Notes: a model not told the origin generated them from the letters alone. 63,836 nucleotides of DNA, filler included, from Choristocarpus tenellus KU-1152 (GCA_964200185.2; 9 parts of 9 records of this genome joined end to end with filler, not necessarily neighbours in it); one strand, 5' to 3'. Shown: positions 37,072 through 52,030, counted from the first letter of the whole stretch. Program-made: numbers and translations.

Positions 37072-40000
37072 ATCAGATATATCAAGAACAGAAAGAAGTT
37101 GAAAGCGAAATATGCACCATGCATACACGCAATGCAACAATCAACACATCAAAGTGTTTCGGCAATTAAAAAAAAAAAAATGTATTGAACAAATTGTCAG
37201 GATTTACAGCACTACTCCTTTCACACCATGGGGTTTGGTAATTGCTTCACTCTGCATCACACCTCAGACGCATGCATCCCTACACATCAGGTCTGGTTTG
37301 AGGTTCATTCTGTACCAGTTCTGGTACACTCTTCATCCCGTACTACTTCTACTACAGTTCACACATTATGTTTCACATCAGCTTTAGTATATGTATGCCC
37401 CATCTCATAACCGGCTCTAACATGCACTTCACTCCACACCCCTACCAATGCTACTGTTACCTAACCCTAACCCTAGAGTGCCTACAGAAGTGGTCCCTCC
37501 TTTAAGGTGACCCTGTCCCTCCCTGCCCAATTGCACTCACCTTATCGACCAACTTGCCTTGAGGTGAAAATCGACCTCGCGGGCACATTGGAACAATTCG
37601 AGGCCTGACATACCCTATAAAAAAAAAAAATGATATTTCTTCAAAAAAAAGCACTGCTGTAAAAATCACAAACAGGATCCTTAAAACATCCTTGGTATGA
37701 CTTGTCAGTCAACTTTGAGGTGCGTCTCGTTATGATCGATCCAAAACACAGCATATATGGGACGAAAATGACCGCCATATTCATCCCAGGGCAACAAGGT
37801 TCAAATTAATGACCGGCTAGCCCTATTTAAGGCCAACTCGAAAAGCAAGACTACTGCTATTCTACAAAGATAAACTAGTGTGTTTAAGGTTAATGGAAAA
37901 TAAAAATACCAGGTTGAGGTCATCTATTGGCTACTCCTGACCCTAATTCCCACACAAAAGTCCTGCTACACAGATAGACATACCTGACTCACCATCTCCT
38001 TGGTGAGTTCCTCTTGTTTGATCCTTATCCTGGGCCATTCTAGCACCGTCCCACAAGGACTCCTGTCACAATGATACACATGGAAATGGGGCAGGGGAGA
38101 CTGACCAAAGTGCTTTCCCTACCACTTTAAATCATGCAATAGATACGAGAGATACATATGCACGCAAGCAGCACCCACTAGAACACTTCTAGAGATACAG
38201 GACTTTTCCTTCCCTGCACCCTTCCAGGGAGGCCATCCCATTGGTGAACAAGGACCTCACTACAGACACTTTTCTCAGCCTACCCCCATTCTTCTGCGCA
38301 CTCCCTTGAAGTCACTGTCACCCAACCGGTCCACCAAAGGCTTACATACATTGTGCAAAGAGCCTCTGCCAGACCTGCCTGTGGATCTCAGTATCGTAAT
38401 CTTGCTACACCCTCACGACGCTTCTCACAAGAACATCAATCTTGTCGGAGGGTTAGGGTTAGGGTTAGGGTTAATACAACTTGCCCTTCAGTAGTCCACC
38501 GGTACTAGAAGAATCCAAGGCCTATAGAGCGTTGAAACCTGGTGACTGGACAGGTTACTTGGCCATACATAATATCGGGTAGCCTCTAGGAGATGTCCAA
38601 CCACCCAGCGCTTTATCGACAGATACTGCATGTACCCCTGCCTCATCACCCTGAAGGAACACAATGCCCTGCTATAACAAGTACGAGAGAGGTACAACAC
38701 CTGGCAGGACCTTCTCCTTGAACACTCCCTTAGAAGATATTAACAGTCAGAACGATAGCCGTGGTCCCCCTTGGATGCATGGCTACAGGATGACCACCTA
38801 CCCACAACTGGATCTGCCAGTGGCCAAATACCAATCATCCTTTCCCATCAAACTCTATCCTCCAAAACATTAGCGGGCGCATTCACCATAAAAAAAACGT
38901 CACTTCTTGTCACATGTGACTTGCCTGCGATGCAAGGAAACTTTGGTGGTGCCTACCCCGTAAGCAAGGTAACCAACCCCTAACACAGTCGAAAACTACG
39001 TCTAGCCACCTCTCATCCAAACGGACCCAGTTCAACATGGAGTCGAGGACACACTCCATGCCATTTTTCAGGATGCCGCTAAATTATGAACACCACCCCA
39101 ATATCCTACAGATATACTGTCATTGAGAGCGGGGGAGTTTGTTGCCTCTTTGGTATGGTTTGACCACCACCTCCTTCATACGCCTTCCATCTCCTTCCGC
39201 TCAGGCAACATTGAACTTTCTCATCCGCCGCCTCACACTGGTCTGTTCTATGTAGGGACTGCTTCAATTTCACCAAGCTCCACTTCCTAGAGTTGTCTCA
39301 GCCGTCCCTTGCAACTAGAGACTTTTGCCCATGTCCAGTTCATTACCAATTCCCTACGATGCCACTCTAATCTACCAATCCACTAAGGTTAGGGCGGCTT
39401 CATTCTAGACTGGAATTTATGTCTGGGCACCACATCCGACCATTTCAAAGTCCTTGCACAGCCTTAAGTAGTCTCCAACAACAGCTTCCCACCTACGAGG
39501 AGAGACGCCCTTCATTTTCATCTTTCCATCACACCAAGTTTGGTGCCTGTTTGTACGGACAAGTTCTAGTGCCTCCCCCCCCGCCAGTCACCCTCTCCAG
39601 CATCAAGGCAACCAGAAATTAGCGCACGATATTAACAGTTGTTTCAGGGCTACTTTTCAAACCCGTGATGGAGTGCTCCAACCTTGCTAACACAACTCCC
39701 AAGAACAATGCACGCTTTGCTGACATTGAGGCTGGGCTTTGAGACAACTTTCAGTGTCAAGCCAACAACTGGAACTTTACCACACGCTCGAAAATATACC
39801 CCGGTACAAAATAAAAAGGTTGAATGAATCCTCAGCTTTCAAAACAAGTCCCATCTCAAAGCCTGAGTGTTTGCTGTTCTCGAGAACGGCCTCGGTAGAG
39901 GTGGGGCACCTTGTCCCAGGGCAAGAAAATCAGGCCTGAAACGTTAACATCAAGCGGCTACATCTGGTTGCGTTGTTGCTGAGGATCACAATCACTACAC

Positions 40001-43000
40001 ACCAGAATCTCAAATCCTAAAGGTCACACTGCAACAACTGACACCAGACTTAGCATGATGGGAAAGGTGAAGGACATTCCCCCCCCCCTCACAAGCGGGA
40101 AGCTGCCGTCAGGGAGACTACTTTCACCTGCACAAGGTCGGCGTTCGACAAGGTCAATCAAGGTGCCCAGAGACAAATCTTGCACAGAGCTACGGAATGG
40201 GCTCAACAACGTCGGCTTGGGGGCGAGGGTGGCATCACAGTACCTACAGAATGGACAGGACATGGGCGTAGCCTCTGGTTGCAAGGGACAACCAAGGACA
40301 ACTCCGCAAAGCGGGATTTGCATGATTGATTGAAGCAGTCCCTTGCACCCAAACAGATCGTTCAGGCAAGATGGGCTACGGAGGTCGGTGACACCAAGCG
40401 GAAGATAAGGAGGTTGTATGAAAAGAGACAGGAGTCGAACCATATGAAAGAGTTATCAAGCCCTTACTCTCTGGAGGACACGAAGCCAATAGAGTGGCCT
40501 TCATCATGAGCAATGTCCTGGAAAAAAAAAAAAGGGTACAGAGGTACGTGTTTGACCTCATGTTTTGAACAGTCTATCTGGCTGAAAGCACTCTGACCTG
40601 GTTTCTGACCAGAAAAGAGTTTACCTTGGGCTCAAGGACACACGATCAAGGCGTCCTCACGCCACAAGCAAGCCATACATGCCAAAAGTGATGTTTCTAA
40701 CTGCTAACACAAGCCCCCGGGTTTTGAACATGGACTTGGTAGGATTGAAATATCAGCTTTGGTGCACTGATAGATCAAGTTGCAGCCAGACGATCATCCT
40801 GCAACCACTCCCCAAGTACCATGCAGACCAAGAAGTCAACATGACAGGTGATCTTTGCAAGAAAATGCTCACATAGAAAATTTTATTATAGGGTCAAAGT
40901 ATCTTGGGGGGGGGGGGGGGCGGGGTCCGTTTTTCACCCTTTTTTCGATTTTCCCTTTTGTNNNNNNNNNNNNNNNNNNNNNNNNNNNNNNNNNNNNNNN
41001 NNNNNTTAATTAATTAANNNNNNNNNNNNNNNNNNNNNNNNNNNNNNNNNNNNNNNNNNNNATTCGGTAGGAAATACTCTTGTTGTGCTGGTATCGCTCG
41101 ATCGATCCGCAGAATGACGTCGGACGACGTCATGTGGGAGGTACTGCGAATATTGTGCCTGTTTGAGCAAAATGACAATAGAGTTTGACTGTGTTCATAA
41201 AACCATTATTTCGGTGAATAGATATTTACAGTTTTTCATTTTCGATCTTCGTAACTAATTCTAACGAAATGAAAAGGTTATAAAAATATGCCTTGCTTCC
41301 ATGAAGCGCATAGGCCTTCCCTTTCGATTTCCGTTCAGAAGTGGTTTGCACGGAAATCTCCAAATACCCTAACCCTAGCGTTTTTTATACGGCGTGAGGC
41401 TGCCGTGATGACGTCATATGGCGCGTCTATGAAGTAAATAGACGAAGTGTGTTGGTTCTATATCGTATAGTACATTGCGTGAATTCGTATATTTTTTTAT
41501 ACGTATCATCGACTAAGTATTTCCGTATTAAATGGTGGTTATGGGGGGTGAGCCATACCTTTTGGGCATTGTAGGTTGCGTGCTTTGTGAGTCCGAGACT
41601 GTAACGCATGTGTTGGGAATGTCTCGCAAGCGCCTTGGAGTGTCCATTTCACGTGCGAGAAGTGATGATTCTCGTCCTGCCCTCTTACAGTGATGGAAAG
41701 ACTGATTAGATGTTTTGCCTTGCTTGTGTTGCTGCTGGTTCTGCCTTGCTGAGTGAAGGCAATGCCTACATGTCGCATGCGGGCCGAGCTTTGGTGGCTT
41801 GTTTGTCTTAGTTACAATTAAACTTTGTTTCTTCCAGTATCCCAAAAAAAGGAATCCTATACGTTGAGGCAGATAATATGTGAGGAGTGGGGGGATGTTG
41901 GCAATTTGGGGGAATGGAATCATATTGTAATGATTCTACTTGGATAATTTATAATATTTTTATCAAACGAAAGTTTGGGAGGAAGTTGTCGTCATTCGAG
42001 AAAGTGCATAAGGGTAAAATTGGAGTGTGTAATACGGATAGGCGAACGTGAGTTGGTTCGAGTGTTGTAGAACTAAATATTTATACTACCACTCATATAT
42101 GTGATTCCATAGACAAGGTGCGATTCTGACATATGTCCTTCTACATCTGACGTGCTTCCAAAGAAGGATTATATATCAACGAACGATTTACGCCAAACAT
42201 TTGTCAGAGGCCATAATAATAATATAAATATATGCCAGTGCAAAGGAAGAATGTGTGTGGGATCAAAGCGTCAACCTAATCTCGCCTGAGATTCAGTTTT
42301 TATACTATTTTCTCAGATGTTGATAACATAAATACATATTTTTGTTTCTATTGGAGGATAACGGTGGGTTCTGATGACGTCGTCGGCACATGAAAATATC
42401 TGAGTGACATCCAAATCATACTACAAAATGAGAGTGTCATTTGCTCTCAAGAAAGAACAACCTGATCATTTATATTCCAAAAATGTGTGTGGTCTGGACG
42501 GGTTTAGGATATGATGGAAATGATCTGCCTCACAGTAAAAAAATATCATTATTGGTTCAGCGATTACTGACACGGATGCAAGTTTACGCAGGAACGAAAC
42601 CTGATTGGTTGGAGACACAAGATGGAGTGCAATTAGTAACGGATGCAGATAGGTTTGATGTTCATATGTATCTTATGTTAAAGTTTGCACTAAACCGTAC
42701 TACATCATCCCTTGTCGTATGTATAATACATACGTATCATAGTACGATATACGGGTAGTTGGGAGGTGAATAAACAGCTTGCCGTCTTCTGTTTGGAGGA
42801 GGATGTGACGGAAACGGAGACAGGAAGCAACCTCCCCGTGGCGAGCCCTCCATCCGGACCAGCGGTTAAGGACAAAAGGTGGCTTCTCCTCCCCTTCATG
42901 CTTACGCTGCCCGCTTTGGAACGCGCCCACATCGCCCCACTGCAAAGAAACTAAAAAGGAAAGGCGTCGCAATCGCTGGACTTAAGGATGTCAAAAGCAG

Positions 43001-44545
43001 CAGGCAACAAGTGAGTTTGACGGCGTACATCTTGAAGGTTATTCCAGATCATTCAACCCTACCTTGAATATATCAATTCGTCTAACTCCCATCGCAGCAG
43101 ACACTATCGCGCATGATGAATGATTTGCCTCATCAAACGCCCTATCATAGCTCCCATGCACAAACACGTCGCTTCATGCACAATCCGGATCATTCAGCCT
43201 CGAACCTTCGTATTTCTAGCCTTTATGTTTCCTCTTCTACGCCTCCAGACACGGTTGGAACACGCACCGAATCATTGTCCTACAGACGACGAAATGAAAA
43301 GGACAGCATACCCTGTTCACTATTTCCGAATTTGTTTCTATTCGAGCAAGCCCCTCACGCCGTCGTTGTAACATGAATGCGGGAAAGGATGACTGTTGCA
43401 TGTTTGTCCTTGTGCTTTTGGTTTAACCCATTCCACACGATACAGTACCTAATTGTACCACCCAATCTTTACCCCAACGCGTCAAGCGGAACATTTCCAA
43501 CATGATTTTTCAAACGTGTCGATCACTATATATACCAATCTTCCTTGGCTCTTCCGTAAGATTGGGCAACAGCTTATTTCCGCATTAGTTCTGACGGTGT
43601 TGTCCCACCCCCATCATCGGAATGTCATCATACCAACCCAGAGACATAATGAAAGTCGTAATATACCCATCCCACGAACGCGGTAGAGTCTGTGTGCGCT
43701 GTTACTACATAGCTACACACTCATACATGTTTTCCTAACCGTACTCTATGCAACACAACCTTTACCTTTTCCACACAGAAATATTGCATGGTTTATCGAC
43801 CACAATAACTACCGCAACTGAAATCGCCATATTCCTCGCCAGATCACACACACACCCTCCCATTATTATGCAACCTTTTCTTATGTATCACTCCGTCGCA
43901 CCAACATATCCTCTGTAGAACTCTAAGGTCGTCGTCGTTAGTCCCTTTAGTTTGAGACCATGTTCCTTGATAGAACTTGTGACAGAATCAAACATACCAC
44001 TGCAGCCCCGCCCACATGTACACTCTCACGAAGACCACGAATGACAACGAAATCATTCAGTCATAATCATTTGGAACGGTTGGGATTGAAGATTATACTC
44101 ATCCCTCTTCTTGTCCATAATGACGGCCACCACGTGTGCACCTCTACCTCCCCCCCTCCCCCCCCTAATTCCGANNNNNNNNNNNNNNNNNNNNNNNNNN
44201 NNNNNNNNNNNNNNNNNNTTAATTAATTAANNNNNNNNNNNNNNNNNNNNNNNNNNNNNNNNNNNNNNNNNNNNCCCCAGATACTTTGACCCACAACGTT
44301 ATATATTTTTAATCAACCAGAAAATTCTAGGCAGAAGTTCGTATTAAGATTGCCAATTGAGGGTACAGTAACATACCTCTCTCAAGACAGTAACACAATT
44401 AGGAACCTCAGAACTGTACATCGAGGTGAGGTGCACACCATCTCGGTTTGGACTGCACCCCAATAACCACAGCAACAAACTCCATCCAAACCCGGATCAG
44501 ATGCGTAAGCAGACACTTTTGATATGGAGTCTACCTTCAAGAATA

Positions 44546-44597
44546 ACCCTAACCCTAACCCTAGCCCTAGCCCTAGCCCTAGCCCTAGCCCTAACCC
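44546..44597. repeat. Interstitial telomere-type repeat (CCCTAA/CCCTAG)
   Basis: taaccctaaccctaaccctagccctagccctagccctagccctaaccc. Others at 45285-45317, 38449-38473, 52053-52071, 37460-37474, 20846-20857 and 41366-41377. Confidence 0.85.
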
Positions 44598-44947
44598 ACT
44601 AGCCCAATGCCTAATCCCGATTAGACAAGAACTGGCAAGGTCGAGTGTTACTTTCAGGCTGAAAATGACAGAGGAACATTTCCAGCACTTGGCGCATTCC
44701 CCAACTTGTAGTTCACATGATACTATAAACGCAACCCTCTTGGAAAGTATCTATGCCGGATCAGCCTCATCTCTACCCCCACCAACCTACACAGAGGAAG
44801 CACGCTCTCAATGTTTCACAGTAGTGCATGGCCACACCACTGCATCAGCAAGAATACATTTAGCCTTTGTGGTTCGCTGCGCCTCCTTCATCTTTTATGA
44901 ACTCCTTCTAGTCCTAACCCTAAGGAAGTATCACACCATCGAAACAA

Positions 44948-45077
44948 AACTCAATACGCTGAAAGAGTAACATACAATCGTGATCACAACTCAATACGCT
45001 GAAAGAGTAACATACAATCGTGATCACAACTCAACACGCTGAAAGAGTAACATACAATCGTGATCACAACTCAACAC
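44948..45077. repeat. 40-bp minisatellite, ~3.25 copies
   Basis: AACTCAATACGCTGAAAGAGTAACATACAATCGTGATCAC at 44948, 44988 and 45028, with a partial copy at 45068. Confidence 0.95.
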
Positions 45078-46899
45078 CCCTCTCACATTTTTGGTCTTCT
45101 TGAAAAGCTTAGCCTCAAAACTCAACTCCGACTCCGTCGTAGGAAACTCCGTTCGGTCGTGGTACTTGGTTGTGACCCTTGCGCCATCCTCATCCAACAC
45201 GAGAACACACTTTACCTGTGGAAGAAGGGACTAACAACAGAGGGAACAGGGGATAGGGTGCGCTGAACCAACCAGGAAAGTGTCTAACCCTAACCCTAAC
45301 CCTAACCCTAACCCTAAGTTGAGCTGTTGTTGTCTAGGTTGTTCTATCCAGTTGTGAACAAGGTTACACTCGAGGGAGCATGGGCGATTACTCGGGTGGA
45401 TATGTGGTGAGGCGGGTGGGGATTGAGGGTAAAACAATCATCTCGATGAGGGACCACGAGGTATGAAGCTACCTCCTCACTGATAATAAAAAAAATAAAG
45501 GGAGATAATTGTGACCTATGGTACTCACGTTATACACCCCTTCCGTCCTGTCAACGTTGGACATCTGGGGCGAAATGGAATTCACTACCGGCCTTACATG
45601 CTTTTGATCTTAAGCCCCAGGTCATTGGAAATATGAGGTGTGAGTGCACTGCAATGATTCCGAACATGATTTCCCTACTGAATGAGGCAATGTGTTGTCA
45701 TGATGATATACCATAACCAGCCGTGAAAGGTGCTGTCACCATGGGAAGAATGTCGTATCTTGATATTGAAGCAGCACGTTTAACTCCAAGGAGAGGTGGC
45801 CGCAATCTCCTCCCATCACCAACAACATTTTTTACTGGGGTATTGTCCTAGTCAAGGCTGGTCAGCAGTTTTTGTGGCGAAGAGGTTCAAATGTCTTCCT
45901 TCCACGCAGCTCATCTCCCAGGTTGCAGAATTCATTCACTCGGGGATGAAGCGCAAGTATACGCACAAGATCGCGTCTATGTACAACATAAGCACTCGAA
46001 GTAAAAATAACATGTGATGGTCCATTCCACAGTAACGACGAACTAGGTTTCCCACCAGAAAAACGAACAGAGGTCAAAGAAGAGAGCACCCCTCAAATCC
46101 CTCTTTGGAATGTTTCACCAATCAATCTATCCTCCATTGCAAAGGAATCCAACATCTTCTCACCCTGATTCTGATCCCCTCAACATCTCCTCCATCAGCT
46201 TAAATCACAGTTGGAACGTGTAAGCAGCATCATCCCAAAACTTGATTCCCCCAAGCATTGAATATATCAAACATTCCGGTTTCTTTCTATCCCTATTTGT
46301 CGTCTGTTCGAGTTGATTGAATTGTCCACCCCAATTCCTCCGCAAGTCAACACCCCCTCGTCTCCTATCTAGTCTGTAACCTACAGTTGTCTCCTTCACT
46401 TTTAACTCAAGCGACCTCCATCTCTTGCAGCACACATTCTATTTAGGACATGAACAATCCAACCTCCATAAAACCTTGAAATATACTAGAGTACCCAAGT
46501 AAAACGATAGCCATGGGACACCTAACATAAGCGAGAAAAACTCACAGTCATGACTGTGGACAATCAGGGTCTTCGCCTCAACTTCCCTTCAGTCCGTTCT
46601 CCCACCCACTGAGCCAACGGCCACCTAAACAACGTTTTCGGATGCAGGCCTTGTGGTCCTTCTGGCGGCTACGTCTCCCTTGCTTCCCCAACCCCGGTCT
46701 TCTCCTGATCCAGTGTGCACGAAGGTTTTGTTAAGGGTTTGATTTGTAGCACAAGAATTTGACCGACCGGCACACATTGCGACAGACGTACACAACCTTT
46801 AATTCAGGGTTTCTACATATACTTTCTTTGCGTTTCCAAAACCAACATCTCCCAAACCTTACTTACACAACAAGAGAACAAGAACAATCAGGCAGATTG

Positions 46900-48330
46900 A
46901 AGTAACAGACATTTCATTGGTGTCATACATGATCAAAGTGCTTATTGAGAATGTTGAACCAAGAGTGGAAGCTTACCTAGATCGGGAGAACATGCTCCAT
47001 GTGCTCTCCAAGAAAAACATGTAACCCCATTCATGATTTTTATTTGATGATACCTGAAAGCTCGAAGCACTTTTAGTGACAAATCATTAGTTGCAAGGTG
47101 ACCGTTTGAAATAGGTCAAATGTATGACCTACAGAAAGTATACAATATTACATTCATCAAGTAATAATAGTATGAGTCTGTTCACCACGATCTCTTGTGA
47201 AGTGTGTTTGCCAAGTTCTGAGTGAGATTGTGTCATCATCCGCCAGATACTTACTGGGATGTAGTCATGCTTCCGCATGAATGATGGAGAAAATACGGAT
47301 TAGTTTGAGATCAAGCAGGACCTTCGTCAAGGGTGTGTTCTTGCCCCCTCTTAAACATCTTCACTAGAGTGATATGCACAACGGTTTAGAAGTTTAACAC
47401 TGACCTGCCCATCTCCAAGGACATTGTCAAGGGAATGCGAGAAACCACCTGGTCAGAGGAGGAGCGATATGAAGTGGGGTAATACTTGAGTGGTGCCTGT
47501 GGGGTAGGATCCTTGATGATGGCCATGTATTGTGTCTAAAAGACCCAAGGAAGTCTAGACACGATGATGGGAGTGATTGTTGGCGTGACTAAAACACTTG
47601 AATTACTGTCTGAGAGAGAAGACACAAGCAATATGCCTTGAGCCTCCCACCAAGGCTGCAGGCCTTATACAGATTCGGACTTTGGTCAAGAACTAGATAG
47701 ACAATTTTTTTGAACTTGGAGGCACCATCAATGATGAAACTGAAATCACACCCAAGGTCAGTCTATAGGTTAAAAAAGCTTGGAGCTTTTTCCACAATAA
47801 GGTCATGTGCTGTATGACCAAACCTCAGGCGTATCTCTTGAGCTTACGATGATTCAATTTTTCGAGGCTGATGTACTTCAGGTCCGTTCTTATTCTTGTA
47901 TGACGTTGAAACCCCACCAGATTCACTATGTAGAGCTTCGCTTCATCACAAATTTGTCTTCAACTGCGTAAGATTTTGCACATAGGAACACACCAATCAC
48001 AAACTGCTGCCCTTGTGAAGAGTGGGAATGACAGTACCGAGCCGACTGTGGAAGAACATATGTTTATCTTCACAGGGCCAAACTACACGCATGGGGGATG
48101 AGCAATTCCCAAAGTTGTTGATGTTTGGGGAACTTCCAAGCAGAAAAGTTGAAGGGTTGGAAGAGAAGAACCGGTGGGTGTGTTGGTAAGAAGACCTTGT
48201 GAAGTTTGAGAACATGATTGAGGGATAGAGTACAAGGGCAACAAACCAACACAGTACGAGTATCTGGTTGACAAGACAAAGAGCTTCATGGATGAGGGAT
48301 ATGCGATTGAAGATATATTGATATGTCAAT
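46900..48330 (+). mobile_element. Decayed non-LTR retrotransposon (RTE-like LINE), reverse-transcriptase region
   Basis: Remnants broken by stops and frameshifts: FEIKQDLRQGCVLAP (~47304-47348, RT 'RQG' motif) and DEQFPKLLMFGEL (~48097-48135, like the RTE C-terminal D.RLPK..LFGEL). Boundaries are approximate. Confidence 0.7.
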
Positions 48331-48334
48331 GTAT

Positions 48335-48637
48335 GACCCAAAGTATCTGGGAGGGGGGGGCGGTCTACACCAGGGTGTCTATTTGGCCCAAAATCAGGAA
48401 AAGTGCATTTACATTATCCATCCGATGTACGCAATTAAATCACAAAAAAATCGCAACATGAAGAAATTGGCCCCAATTGGACAGCCGCCACCCCCTCCCA
48501 GATACTTTGAGCATTAAAACCAGGAAAAGTGCGCTTACATTATCCATTCAACGTATGAAACCAAATCACCGAAAAATCGCGACATGAGAAAATTGACCCC
48601 AAATGGACAGCCGACCCCCCCCCAGTTACTTTGAACC
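48335..48637 (+). mobile_element. Tandem family B MITEs (one full copy + one 5'-truncated copy)
   Basis: Full copy 48335-48513, then a second copy from aaaccaggaaaagtgc to CAGTTACTTTGAACC. Confidence 0.8.
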
Positions 48638-49371
48638 GAACCAACACCTCTTAAGGATCCAAAACTGTAATCTCTTTTTCACTTTTTCAGATATATTTTT
48701 GAACAACTAGCCACAACCCTGACCCCAACCCTGACCTAATACTGTCTGTGAAAATAACCCAAACCATCGTTGTAGGAGTGAAAAAAATACGACAGTAGTG
48801 ATTCCCCAATACGGCAGTTGTCCAGTGCAAGCCACTACTACTATAGAGTACACTGTCTTTTGGTCGGATGGGTAGAGCGATGACCCTGTCACTAATACTA
48901 CTAGTGTGAGGATACCTTGAAACAAACACGTGTGGACGAGGGGTTGTAGCCTCAATGCTCCATAGGACAAACTGAAGGCAAGCCACGAAGACCTGTGATG
49001 CGTATAAAGCTGGATCTCTTTTATTATTGTTTTATTGATAAGATAATATGAACAGCAGAAAGAAACATCGGGGGTTTATGTCATGCTTAAGGAGGAGCTA
49101 AGGCAGCCCAGCACACCTGGACACACATGTATACTCAACACTGCCAGTTGATTGATACTTTTCCCATAGTCTCTTCCTTTAGACTGATTATTCTTGCGTT
49201 CCTCTCTTCCTCTTTGCTTTGTGTGATATGCTATGAGTGGTGTTTGGATTAGATGGAGTGGGTATGACACTGGTTTTCTTTCCCTCCCTTTCCCATAGGA
49301 TGTGGCAATGTTTACGGCATTAATGGTATCCTGTCCCAAGTGTTGGGTTCTAGTTAGTGATGCCTGGGTTT

Positions 49372-49631
49372 GAGGAAAAGTATCTTATAGGGTACGAGTT
49401 TTGTCCAGTTTGTCCATTTGGGGCTTGACTTCCCTCGGGTTTTTTTAATGACATTTTCCTACTCCAAAATATTTCGGAGTAGGAAAAATAGGAAAGTTAT
49501 GAAAAGTTGTGTCTGGAACAACGATATTGACACTTCCTTACAAACACGATAGCCAAAATTACATCAAGATCGAAACATTGAATTTTGGCCCTCAAATGGA
49601 AACGGCTCTACCCTCCAAGATACTTTGGCTC
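49372..49631 (-). mobile_element. MITE family A, reverse
   Basis: Same TIRs and body; TTT TSD. Confidence 0.85.
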
Positions 49632-50049
49632 TTTTCCATGAAAAAAAAATTCTTTCTTGTCCTTCCTCTTCAACTGGGAGTATATATTTACTCCAAAGTG
49701 CTTCAATGGTATTTATATTTTTCAACTGTTGTGTCACTGTATTCCCTTCCGTTTCGATCAAGGACCACAATATCCAATGTCGAGATGTCAATTTTAATCT
49801 ACCTCACTCCTTCATTTCCCCCTAACTCAACCTAGAGTTATCCCACCTACGTCCTGTACTTCATTTTATACTCCTGCTCTGAGTAGTAAGTTGCATTATT
49901 GATTGTTTGGTTGGTTGGTTGGTTGATTGATGGAAGTCAGAAGGTTGATATACGATGCGATGGCACTCGACATCATTGTGTAGATATGTTGTGATGGGTG
50001 GAGGAAACACACGCATGTTTCGACTCATAGTCAGAGACAACACAAATTG

Positions 50050-52030
50050 GAAGCAGAAAGAAATAATGTGTCTGGGAAAATGAGAAATACAGATATTGGA
50101 CAGTGGAATACTACAAATTCAGAAACAATGAAAAAAAAAAACTAAATGCAAAAGATATGTATACCAACCAATTCGTTCCAGTACGCACAATATACCCAGT
50201 CCACGCCCTTTCAAAAGGGATTTGGATGTGTCCCGTTAGACGTGACCCGGTGGACATCTGCATTTATCGTCAGACACCTTACTGCAGATATTGCCATGGA
50301 TGTGGAGGGGGGATTGTTGTTGGCGTGTGGCACGTTCCACAAGGGAACCTATGCCCTCTGAGTTTTCCACATGGCGATATAACACTCACAGGGGACTAGG
50401 GGACTGTACGTCCACGGAGGTTCTGACCGTCCACCCCCAACCCATCCATGGCGTCAAAACATATGGTCAGAGAGGTATGTTGGTCGATCGGAGATCTTAC
50501 CACATATTGTATGTTTGAAGTACTATAATACTTGTAACACATTTTTTTTATTTTGACATGTCACCAACCTAATTATGATTGGTGTTTGCCATCGGAAATC
50601 AGAAATGCATACAACATAAGGGTCTGGAGGATGTCTCAATTATACAATTAAGTTCCTTCATTTTCAAAAACACTGCAACATTGTGGCATCGAGACCCTGA
50701 ACGGAGACAGTGTGGGATATATCTCGTGGAGGGACCTTGTGCAAACTCAACCCCTGTATTGTATTGTTAGAAAGGCATCGATACTTACCCCGAGTAAAAA
50801 GGCTGGACGATGACGCTGGGTGTGTGAGAAGGACTGGGAGTCTTGAGGTTTGGGGCTCCTGTCCCAGCATTCCTCACTCCGAAAGGGAAGTTGTGCGAAC
50901 CTCGCAATGAAAGCGGCAGGGAAGGTTAAGGAGTCAAACCACACCCATGTATTTCCCCTCGCCAATATACGGGGCACAGATGCACCGAGTCTGGTCGATT
51001 TCATTATCTTGGCAGAGTTTGACGTCGACAGTGGGAGGTGAGGGGTAGTTGTCATTGGGATAGTTTGTGTCAGGAACAGTTTACCAACTTTGGGTGGAGA
51101 GCTTGAACCCCTGAAAACCTCTGTGAGACACGCGCCCGCTCATTTCGTCTATCCTCACTGGGGTGGGGGCTTGTCGTTTGGCATTTAAATATTTTGCGCA
51201 ATCATAAAATACTACCTCTAGCAAATTTCAGCACCTTTGGGAATTGGGTCTCAGGTATTTCTCTCCTATGTTCTGTAGCATTCGAGAAAGATGGGTGAGC
51301 TTGTGCGAATAGGCCAAATGTACGAACTAGATGCCCATTCCTCACAAGAGGCGGTATTCCCTTTGCCCCTCTTGGGTTCACCTCCCTCACTCTCAACAAT
51401 AATTTCCCAAATTGATACACAATTAAGATAATTGCACCTACCATACGCCTGACTGGGTTGGTACTATCCCCCTCTTAACCCTGCACTGATAAATGAAAGA
51501 TAGACAGCAAACGAGGAGCGCTCTACCCTTGCCAAACTGATGAGGTAGAAAGCATCCATCTCAAGCATCAGTGTCCATGAACTTGTATTGGTCCCTGTCC
51601 AGAAAAAGCGAGAAAGAAACAGCCTCTCAGCCGAGTGACAATATTTACCGTTGGTACTCTGTCAAAGTCAAGCACAATCCGTAAATCTAGACCAAACCGT
51701 ACCTACAGGCCAATGCCATGACCAGGCCTTGAGTGTACTGCACGTTTGGTGTACTTCAAGCTTGAACCACATACCCTAACCTTGTTCGGTCTTCCACCCG
51801 CCCCCCTCTCCTTCAACGGCTATATCAACTCCAGTTGGTACTGATGCAAATCCTGATCAAAGGGGACAACACTGGAGTATCATGTGCTGCATGCACCTAC
51901 GCCCCTGATTCCTGTAGGAGATGGCTAACCTAACTGTTTCTGGCATATCCATCAATCTCTTCACAAAAAACTGAGCCTCATTCAAGGCGCACCCTTATGA
52001 ACACAAGCCCATACCCTCGTGAGATAGTAA
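50050..52030 (-). mobile_element. Highly decayed LINE-like RT remnant
   Basis: Minus-strand traces IVLDFDRVPT (~51680-51650) and WQG*SAPRLLSIF (~51534-51495) are in the order and spacing expected for the RT motifs D..KAFD.V and RQG.PLSP.LF. Confidence 0.4.

Noticed and set aside
37400-40870. Coding-like decayed sequence (also 28140-28750 and 55600-58200)
   Set aside because: Probably old retroelement debris, but no diagnostic motif could be read, so it was not annotated.
44948-45077. Regular repeats resembling a CRISPR array
   Set aside because: Head-to-tail 40-bp units with no unique spacers, no cas genes, and a eukaryotic context.
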